A stretch of 42,241 bases of DNA from Candidatus Omnitrophota bacterium (lineage in GTDB: Bacteria > Omnitrophota > Gorgyraeia > Aquiviventales > Aquiviventaceae). Every line of letters starts with the position of its first letter. The stretch's first letter is position 1. The notes beneath the pieces are model-generated. The model made no database searches. It was not told where the DNA came from and saw nothing but the letters and a program-made list of their open reading frames with translations. Of the stretch, positions 35,935 through 42,241 are shown piece after piece. The stretch is from positions 1-42,241 of the forward strand of contig JAGVGS010000126.1 of the NCBI GenBank assembly GCA_020057015.1, read 5' to 3'. The position numbers and the translations under genes are program-made.

Positions 35935-37227
35935 TCAGGCGCGGCCCACGCTGATGTACCGGAACCCCAGCGCTTTCATCCGCGCCGGATCGTAGATGTT
36001 GCGGCCATCCACAATCAGCGGCTGGCGCAACAGTTTCTTCAGGCGGGCGAAATCCAACTCCTTGAACTCGTTCCATTCGGTGAGAACCGCCAGACAATCG
36101 GCCCCGCGCGCCACCTCATAGGGGTCTTGGCACATCTTCACCTTCGGCAGCAGATGCGCCGCCTCCTTCATGGCCTGCGGGTCAAAGGCCTTGACGGTCG
36201 CCCCCTCGCCTTCCAGGTACTCAATGACATCGATCGCCGGCGCGTAGCGCATATCGTCCGTATTCGGCTTAAACGCCAAGCCGAGCACCCCCACGGTCTT
36301 GCCGCGCACCACCCACAGGGCTTTTTGGATCTTCTGCGCGAAGCTGCGCTTGGCCAGCTCATTGGCGTTGCGCACAGCTTTGAGGAGCTCGAAGTCGTAC
36401 CCCAGCTGCTCGGAGATCTTGATGAACGCCTCCACGTCCTTGGGGAAGCAGAACCCTCCGTAGCCCGCGCCGGCGTTGAGAAACGAGCGGCCGATGCGCG
36501 GGTCCAGCCCCATGCCGTCGGCCACCTGCTGCACGTCGGCCCCGGCGCGCTCGCAGACCTGGGCCACGGCGTTAATGAAGGAGATTTTCATGGAGAGATA
36601 AGAGTTCGAGGCGTGCTTGATCAGCTCCGCGCTGCTGATATCGGTGATTACCAGCGGGGCGCCCAGCGGCTTATACAGAGCCACGAGCAGGTCCTTCGCC
36701 CGCTTGCTCTCGACCCCCAGCACCACGCGGTCGGGCTTCATGAAGTCCTGGATGGCCGTGCCTTCGCGGAGAAACTCGGGGTTAGACGCGACGTCGGCGA
36801 TGTGCTTCTTGCGGTGGTAAGTCTTGATGGTGTGGGCGATCCATTTGCCCGTTTGTACGGGGACCGTAGATTTCTCCACGACCAGCCGATAGCCCGGCAG
36901 GTGCTCGGCGATGGAGCGGGCGACATCTTCCACGTAGGCGAGGTCCGCTTCCCCGGTCGCCTTCTGCGGGGTGCCCACGGCGATGAAAATGATGATGGAC
37001 TTATCGATCCCTTCCTTGAGCGAAGTCGTAAACGCCAGCCGCTTCTCCCGCACGCCCCGCTTGACCAGCTCCTCGAGGCCCGGCTCGTAGTAGGGCATGA
37101 TGCCCTTTTTCAGGTTGGCGATGCGCTTGACATCGTTGTCCACCACGATGACCTCATGACCCAGGTCGGCGAAACACGCTCCGGTCACCAGCCCCACATG
37201 CCCTGCCCCTACGACACTGATGTCCAT
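35935..37227 (-). CDS. ugd: UDP-glucose 6-dehydrogenase
   Basis: 430 aa. MDISVVGAGHVGLVTGACFADLGHEVIVVDND, and GGFCFPKD at the catalytic Cys. Typical bacterial Ugd length. Confidence 0.92.
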   Translation of the reverse strand: MDISVVGAGHVGLVTGACFADLGHEVIVVDNDVKRIANLKKGIMPYYEPGLEELVKRGVREKRLAFTTSLKEGIDKSIIIFIAVGTPQKATGEADLAYVEDVARSIAEHLPGYRLVVEKSTVPVQTGKWIAHTIKTYHRKKHIADVASNPEFLREGTAIQDFMKPDRVVLGVESKRAKDLLVALYKPLGAPLVITDISSAELIKHASNSYLSMKISFINAVAQVCERAGADVQQVADGMGLDPRIGRSFLNAGAGYGGFCFPKDVEAFIKISEQLGYDFELLKAVRNANELAKRSFAQKIQKALWVVRGKTVGVLGLAFKPNTDDMRYAPAIDVIEYLEGEGATVKAFDPQAMKEAAHLLPKVKMCQDPYEVARGADCLAVLTEWNEFKELDFARLKKLLRQPLIVDGRNIYDPARMKALGFRYISVGRA

Positions 37228-37286
37228 GTATCCCTCAAGGTGTGATGGTGTTACAGCGGCGGCTGAAGTGCCAAACAGGATGAGTT

Positions 37287-37315
37287 ATTATAGATGCCCG
37301 CGCCTTAGCTGGCAA
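37287..37315 (-). promoter_or_regulatory. Sigma70-type promoter: TTGCCA - 17 nt - TATAAT, upstream of ugd
   Basis: The minus strand reads ACTTGCCAGCTAAGGCGCGGGCATCTATAATAACTCA. The -35 element and spacer overlap the lptD stop codon (37305-37307), and the -10 element lies 60 nt upstream of the ugd ATG. Confidence 0.55.
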
Positions 37316-40300
37316 GTAATGGAGAGAACGGGCTGCTCTGGGAGCCGATCTTAGGCTGGTGGTACGAGGTGGAGGTTTCAATCGGCATATTCGGATAGGC
37401 CTTCAAGGTCAGCGCGAGGAAGAGCTCCTCGCCAAATTCCCGGTCCACGCGATACACCACCTCGCCGATCCAATCGTGCAGGTCGCGGCGCAGACTGTAC
37501 TGGTATTCGCGCATGTTGACGAGGCGCTTGGCTCCACCGGCGACTTCCTTCCAAGTCAGCCGATGGAACGTGCCGATCTGCCATTTGGAGCTCAAGCGCT
37601 TATCAAACTGGAACACCGTTTCGGTCTTGTCGTTCTGGCTGTAGCGATGTCCCGTGCCGAAATACCACTGCCCCAAGGGCAACAGGTCTAGGCCGCCCTT
37701 CGCGCCAAGGGCGAGTTCCTCATAGGCAGGCGCTTGAATCTCCGGCGCATAACGGGCATCGGCATCCATCCGCCCCCCAACGAGCACGAGGTCAAGGTTC
37801 CACCGCTGGATGCGGTCATCCCGGGTGCCTGCCACAAAGTGGCTGGGAATGCTCCAATCCGACTCAAAGCGCATCCACGGCCAAGGATACAGCTCCACAT
37901 CAAAGAGCCAGTCCCCCCACCGCCCCCCCTGCTTATTACCCTGCCCGTGGTAACTGTAGGGCAGCGTGATCAAGGCCCGCGCGAGATCCACGCTTTGCAG
38001 CCGCTTCTTGTCCCCTACGGGCCGCCGCGTCTGCAGTTTGTTCTCGAACCCCAGGGTGATCACGTTGCTGGGGCTGCCCGCGGCAGCAAAATTCAGCAGA
38101 CTGTTGGGCACCGTAGGCTGGTGGAGGTAGTTGTAGGCCACCGTCGGCGTCAGCACGTGGCGCAGGCCATTGATGTTCAGGCCCAGCGCGTTGGTCGCGG
38201 TGGAGAACAGGCGGAAGAGCTTGAGGCTCGCATCCATACCGGTATTAAATTGCCCGCTCAAGAAATCGCGCCGCCCCTCGCGAGATGCCCCCTGGATGTC
38301 CTTGGTGTAGTACGTCTGCCGCACCCCGGCTTTCGGGGTCAGCTCCAGCGGCCGCAGCCAGTTCAGGGCGTAGCGAAACTGCTGGAACCAGTCGAGCCGC
38401 ACGACGTCCTCATCCGCATCCGAATGCTTGGTCTTGCTCTGCAGGTTGGCAAAATCCAGCTTGCTCTCAGAGAAGAGCCACGTGTCCCCGACTTGCTGCT
38501 GGCGCACGTCGAGCGTCAACTGCGGCAGTGCTTCTTGGCCCACCGTTTGGAAGCGGTTGAGGCGCTTGCGGAACAGGCTGGTAAACGTATAGTTGGGGTC
38601 GCTCGTCACCGAAGAGATGAAGCTCTCGGCTTCGTTGTCGTTCATAAACTCTTCGCGGAAAAGCAGATCCTTGCGGAAATTCTCATCGCTGTACTTTTGC
38701 AGATCCGTAATCACCGTGGTGTCGGGCAGCGGCTGCCAGCGGTGGCGCCAGAGCACGCGGTAGCGCTGCAACGCAGCCCCCTTCGGCAACGACGCCTTGG
38801 GGTCAATGACGCGGCTGTTGGGCTCCTCGTTATAATAGACCTTCAGCAGCCCCTTCCCCCAGTCGCGGCTCTCCACTTGGTGGTCCACGCCGAAGCCCCA
38901 CCCGAAGGTCCTGCGCCAATCCACCTTCACCGTGCCTTTCTGATTGGCCGGCAGCTCATAACGATAGCCCATGAGGACAAACTGCTCCCAGGGCTTCTTC
39001 TTGCCCGGAATGATAAAAAACGGCATCTCGCGATCGGCCAGCACCGCATAGGGGAGATAGATGAATGGGAGTTTGTCCACCACGAAGGCGGCACTGCGTA
39101 CGCGGGCCAGCTTGTCCTCCGCGAAGATGATCGCGCGACGGCCCGCAAACTTAAAGTGCGGGGGCTCCAGCTCGCAGGAGGTCAAGTACCCCGGGCTGAC
39201 CTGATACACCCCCTCGGCAATGGATTCGATGCTGCGCCCATGCTCATGCCAGGGCGGCGTGGAAACCGTCCCTTCCAGAAATCGGCCCTTCTTGCGCTCA
39301 AAATTGTAGTGCACCATTTCGCCGCGGAAGACTTGCGCCCCGTCTTCCAGGCGCACGTGGCCTTCGGCATAGGCATCTTTGGTGTCGGTAAAGAGCGTCA
39401 GGTGATCGCACGTCATAAACGCCTCGCCGTAGACCACCTCGACATCCCCCTCGGCGATGGCGATTTTGCGGTCCGGAGAAACGCTCATCTGCCGGGCGTT
39501 GATCTGCACGGCCCCGGCAGGCGGGCGCGGGCGATCCTTGAGGCTGGCGGTGGGCGATGGGGGGGCCGGCTTCGTCGTCACGACGACAGGGGACAACTCC
39601 ACCCCGCCGGTGGCATCCACCGCTGCAGGGGCCTCATCGAGGGTCTCGGCCGGGGCCTCCTGGACGACCTGCGCAGGACGCTCCTCGTCAAGAGGCGCGG
39701 CCGCCACGAGGGGAGCTGCCGCTGCTTCCTCTGCGCGGGCACCCGTCGGTGGCGACGATATCGCTTCAGCCGTGCGGGCCGCCTTCACGCGCGTCCGCTG
39801 TGCTGCCCGCGAGGCCTCTGCCGCAGCTTCGGCGCGCTGTTTCGCACGCTGTTGTTGGTGCTTGGCTTGCTCCTGAGCGGCTTTCTGCAGGGCGAGCAGC
39901 TCCTGGTCCCAGCGCGCGCGCTCGGCCGTCAGGCGGCGCTGCTGGGCGTTGCGCGCGGCTTTCGCGCGATGGCGCTGCTGCTCCTCTTGCTTCAGCTGCG
40001 CTTGCAGGCGCTCAAAGCGCTCCGGCGAGAGCTGCTCAAAAGGACGCGTCGTTTCCAACCGCTGCTCGCACAGTTGGCGGTAGAGCTGCAACCGCTCGTC
40101 TGCCGGTGTCAGCGCTTCCAGCTTTTCGATGCGGCTTAAAGCCGCCTCATACGCGCCCTGCTTCAAGAGGCTCCGCAGGTCCTTCCAGAGTTCATCGATA
40201 AAGGACTGTTGCGCGTGAGGCGCTTGGGAAGGGGTGTCGGAAGGAGTCGCCGCATCGGCAGCGTGGGAGAGGGTTGGCGCAAAGCACCACTCAGGCAGCC

Positions 40301-40352
40301 CCAGCAGGGCCGCGAGCAGGGCGGCTAAGACGCGCAGACGAGAGGGCTTCAA
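37305..40352 (-). CDS. lptD: LPS-assembly outer-membrane protein LptD (OstA) with long N-terminal extension
   Basis: OstA-N-like block IAIAEGDVEVVYGEAFMTCDHLTLF...AYAEGHVRLEDG, then a ~700-aa beta-barrel-type region. Start re-called to TTG 40352, which gives the signal peptide (M)KPSRLRVLAALLAALLGLPEWCFAPTLSHA/ADA. The track ORF runs on to 40844 and would overlap the transaldolase gene. Confidence 0.85.
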   Translation of the reverse strand: MKPSRLRVLAALLAALLGLPEWCFAPTLSHAADAATPSDTPSQAPHAQQSFIDELWKDLRSLLKQGAYEAALSRIEKLEALTPADERLQLYRQLCEQRLETTRPFEQLSPERFERLQAQLKQEEQQRHRAKAARNAQQRRLTAERARWDQELLALQKAAQEQAKHQQQRAKQRAEAAAEASRAAQRTRVKAARTAEAISSPPTGARAEEAAAAPLVAAAPLDEERPAQVVQEAPAETLDEAPAAVDATGGVELSPVVVTTKPAPPSPTASLKDRPRPPAGAVQINARQMSVSPDRKIAIAEGDVEVVYGEAFMTCDHLTLFTDTKDAYAEGHVRLEDGAQVFRGEMVHYNFERKKGRFLEGTVSTPPWHEHGRSIESIAEGVYQVSPGYLTSCELEPPHFKFAGRRAIIFAEDKLARVRSAAFVVDKLPFIYLPYAVLADREMPFFIIPGKKKPWEQFVLMGYRYELPANQKGTVKVDWRRTFGWGFGVDHQVESRDWGKGLLKVYYNEEPNSRVIDPKASLPKGAALQRYRVLWRHRWQPLPDTTVITDLQKYSDENFRKDLLFREEFMNDNEAESFISSVTSDPNYTFTSLFRKRLNRFQTVGQEALPQLTLDVRQQQVGDTWLFSESKLDFANLQSKTKHSDADEDVVRLDWFQQFRYALNWLRPLELTPKAGVRQTYYTKDIQGASREGRRDFLSGQFNTGMDASLKLFRLFSTATNALGLNINGLRHVLTPTVAYNYLHQPTVPNSLLNFAAAGSPSNVITLGFENKLQTRRPVGDKKRLQSVDLARALITLPYSYHGQGNKQGGRWGDWLFDVELYPWPWMRFESDWSIPSHFVAGTRDDRIQRWNLDLVLVGGRMDADARYAPEIQAPAYEELALGAKGGLDLLPLGQWYFGTGHRYSQNDKTETVFQFDKRLSSKWQIGTFHRLTWKEVAGGAKRLVNMREYQYSLRRDLHDWIGEVVYRVDREFGEELFLALTLKAYPNMPIETSTSYHQPKIGSQSSPFSPLLAS

Positions 40353-40384
40353 CAGAGACTCACAGGGACTTCCACGTGGTGTCT

Positions 40385-41092
40385 TTAGGGCCGGCGAGAG
40401 GCCGCCGGCCGCGCGGCCAGGCTCGCCGGGGGCTTCGTCGACTTGGCCGATGCCGGCAGCTTTTCCCAATCCTTCAGAAAACGCTCCAGCCCGCTGTCGG
40501 TCAGCGGATGCTTCACCAGGGCTTCTAGCACGCTGAAGGGCATCGTGGCGATGTCCGCCCCCAGGCGCGCCGCCGCCACCACATGAAGGGGGTGGCGCAC
40601 GCTGGCCACGAGGATCTGCGTGGTAAAGCCGTAGTTCGTGTAGATGGTCTTGATGTCGGCAATCAGCGCCATCCCATCCTGGCTGATATCGTCCAGCCGC
40701 CCCACGAAGGGCGACACGAAGAAGGCGCCGGCTTTCGCCGCCAGCAGCGCCTGAGAGGCCGAGAAACACAGGGTCACGTTCACGCGGATCTTGCGCTGGG
40801 AAAGCTGCCGGGTCGCCTTGAGCCCCTCTTTCGTCAGCGGGCACTTGACGATAATGTTCGGGTGCAGCTTCGAGAACTCCACGCCTTCGGCGACCATGCC
40901 CTCGGCATCGCGTGAGACGGTCTCCATGCTCACCGGGCCATCTACCGTCTCGCAGATCTCCTTGAGCAGCGGAAAGAACTCTTTGCCTTCTTTGGCCACC
41001 AGGCTGGGGTTGGTGGTGACCCCGTCAATCGCGCCCCAGCTGACCGCTTCGCGCAGCTCAGCCAAATTGGCGGAATCCAGAAAAATCTTCAT
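40385..41092 (-). CDS. tal: Transaldolase / fructose-6-phosphate aldolase (short, type 3B)
   Basis: [39 protein letters not shown] (Schiff-base Lys), [25 protein letters not shown] lies 8 nt upstream of the ATG. It has a ~23-aa Pro/Ala/Ser C-terminal tail. Confidence 0.92.
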   Translation of the reverse strand: MKIFLDSANLAELREAVSWGAIDGVTTNPSLVAKEGKEFFPLLKEICETVDGPVSMETVSRDAEGMVAEGVEFSKLHPNIIVKCPLTKEGLKATRQLSQRKIRVNVTLCFSASQALLAAKAGAFFVSPFVGRLDDISQDGMALIADIKTIYTNYGFTTQILVASVRHPLHVVAAARLGADIATMPFSVLEALVKHPLTDSGLERFLKDWEKLPASAKSTKPPASLAARPAASRRP

Positions 41093-41157
41093 GCGTGAGG
41101 CCTCCCGTGGGCAGTTTTGGAAGCTTTTACTTTACACTGCCCTCTCGAGCCTGTCCA

Positions 41158-42241
41158 CTACCGTTGCAGCGAGGCCTGCCACACGACCACGCGATTGCGC
41201 CCTTCGTGCTTGGCCGCGTACAAGGCCTGGTCCGCCCGCTCGACCAGGGCTTCCAGCGTGGCCCCCTGGGAAGGATAGACCGCCAGCCCGATGCTCACCG
41301 TCTGGGAGAGCAGCTCATCATAGGCGCGGATCGGATGCACTTCCACCAGCTGCTTCAGGCGCTGCGCGATCGGTAGGGCCTGTGCGATGTCGGTTTCCGG
41401 CAGCAGGATGACGAACTCTTCCCCGCCAAAGCGGCCCATCAAGTCGATGTCGCGCAAGTGCCCGCGTATCAGCTGGGCGACATCGCGCAGCACGACATCG
41501 CCCACCAAGTGGCCGTACGTGTCGTTCTTCTCCTTGAAGCGGTCCAGATCCACCATCAACAGCGCGCACTCGCGCTGCTGGCGCCCGGCGCGTTGCAATT
41601 CATCCAGCGCGCGCTCGTTGAAGTGCCGCCGCACCCAGACGCTGGTCAGCGCATCGGTCACCGCCAGCGCCTCGACGCGCTTGTACAGATGCACGCGCAC
41701 GAGCTGCATCGATAGCTGATGGGCGACCACCGCAAACAGCTCTTGGTGGACGGCACCTAAGCCTTCGGCAATGAGCGCTCCGGCGAGGTGCTGCCGGCGC
41801 CACAAGGGGGCCGCCACCCAAGACGCCTGCGGCAGCGCCCACGCGCGAGGGTTCAGGCGGTCTGCGGTCGCCTGGCGCACTACGGCCTGTTCAGCCTCCT
41901 CCAGAGCCCCCACCGTCAAGGTCACTTGCCCGCTCTCCCGCACGGCACGCCAGGCCTTCGCCGGGCCCTCCTCCAGGTGCAGCAAACGCATCCGCTCCAC
42001 CCCCAACAGCCGGGGAGCGATTTCCATGAACGCGGCGACGAGCGCTTCCAGATGCAGCGCGCGGTTGGTCTCCTTCGTGACTTGGTACAGGTTGACCAGC
42101 TCGGCGATGCGCTGCTCCAGGTCTTGTGTCGTGCTATCAAAGCTCAGCACCGCCTGCGAATGACCAGCGAGCTTGGCCAGCGCGTCCTGGCGGCGCTGGC
42201 GGGCGGCGGCCATCTCGCGCGCATCCTGCTGCCGCTGGGCC
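41158..42241 (-). CDS. GAF-like sensor + GGDEF diguanylate cyclase, probably N-terminally truncated by the window edge
   Basis: GGEEF active site (RFGGEEFVILLPE), with an RxxD I-site (RDID) five residues upstream, and DLDRFKEKNDTYGH. The first ATG is at 42213, but the frame stays open to nt 42241 (AQRQQDARE-M...). Confidence 0.85.
   Translation of the reverse strand, partial: AQRQQDAREMAAARQRRQDALAKLAGHSQAVLSFDSTTQDLEQRIAELVNLYQVTKETNRALHLEALVAAFMEIAPRLLGVERMRLLHLEEGPAKAWRAVRESGQVTLTVGALEEAEQAVVRQATADRLNPRAWALPQASWVAAPLWRRQHLAGALIAEGLGAVHQELFAVVAHQLSMQLVRVHLYKRVEALAVTDALTSVWVRRHFNERALDELQRAGRQQRECALLMVDLDRFKEKNDTYGHLVGDVVLRDVAQLIRGHLRDIDLMGRFGGEEFVILLPETDIAQALPIAQRLKQLVEVHPIRAYDELLSQTVSIGLAVYPSQGATLEALVERADQALYAAKHEGRNRVVVWQASLQR

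Noticed and set aside
37734-40139. An 801-aa plus-strand ORF, with similar long plus-strand ORFs at 36127-37245, 33793-34824, 31747-32601, 32601-33317, 30056-30760 and 17082-17966.
   Set aside because: All lie antisense to genes with unmistakable family signatures (lptD, ugd, dehydrogenase, DegT, epimerase, uxs, oxidoreductase). Their translations are Arg/Pro/Ala/Gly/His-rich with no recognisable motifs. This is the usual stop-codon-poor shadow frame of high-GC DNA.
40353-40844. A 164-codon N-terminal extension of the lptD ORF in the track ([10 protein letters not shown]...).
   Set aside because: It would overlap the well-supported transaldolase gene by 460 nt and would bury the obvious signal peptide internally. 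A TTG at 40352 places that signal peptide at the N-terminus, 32 nt after the tal stop.
41109-42000. A hairpin GGGCAGT...ACTGCCC (41109-41142) between the GGDEF gene and tal, as a possible terminator or attenuator.
   Set aside because: It has a 7-bp stem but a 20-nt loop and no U-run, and the tal SD (GGGAGG) follows immediately. The evidence is insufficient. The end coordinate here is generous; the element itself is 41109-41142.
1-42241. Search for CRISPR arrays, tandem repeats, IS elements or integrases, tRNA or rRNA genes, and toxin-antitoxin or defence-system genes.
   Set aside because: I saw no repeat-spacer periodicity, no transposase, integrase or recombinase motifs in any listed ORF, and no tRNA-like cloverleaf candidates in the few intergenic gaps. 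All gaps are under 240 bp. The NPPH methyltransferase at 8135-8884 sits inside a coupled glycan operon with no nuclease partner, so a restriction-modification role seems unlikely.

Overview
This is a 42.2-kb, high-GC window, probably from a diderm (Gram-negative) bacterium, since it carries lptD. Every convincing gene lies on the minus strand; the long plus-strand ORFs look like antisense shadow ORFs. The right end holds a partial GAF-GGDEF diguanylate cyclase, a transaldolase/fructose-6-P aldolase, and an LptD with an unusual ~245-aa coiled-coil N-terminal extension. A near-consensus sigma70-type promoter at 37287-37315 marks the start of a ~37-kb glycan-biosynthesis supercluster of 34 tightly packed, often translationally coupled genes, which runs leftward to nt 1 and beyond. 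Its parts are: (i) a nucleotide-sugar module (ugd, rfbB-like, WbpO/WbpP-like dehydrogenase and epimerase, DegT aminotransferase, UDP-xylose synthase). (ii) A LexA-DNA-binding-domain-only regulator with its own promoter, followed by an SxtJ-like / carbamoyltransferase / SxtK(DUF5989)-like triad; the triad includes a 58-aa ORF missing from the supplied track. (iii) A lower-GC stretch with a second DegT plus epimerase, a B12-binding radical SAM enzyme, a PIG-L deacetylase, a methyltransferase and a GT2. (iv) A nonulosonic-acid (sialic/legionaminic/pseudaminic-type) section. Section (iv) contains four NeuB-type modules: one canonical, one fused to a cytidylyltransferase, one lacking the SAF domain, and one degenerate copy fused to a GT2 that is also missing from the track. 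It further holds two tandem NeuA-type genes (one lacks the CTP loop), two large TagF/SpsB-like transferases, an MsbA/PglK-like ABC half-transporter, and an AsnB / CapK-ligase / NPPH-methyltransferase tailoring block. I recognised no rRNA, tRNA, CRISPR array, transposase or integrase. The best candidate for something undescribed is section (iv): a multi-synthase assembly and export line for a heavily tailored nonulosonic-acid glycan. It lacks the usual N-acetyltransferase, NeuC/LegG/PseG, Wzx/Wzy and KpsMT components within the window. All family calls come from motif recognition by eye and need HMM or structure confirmation.
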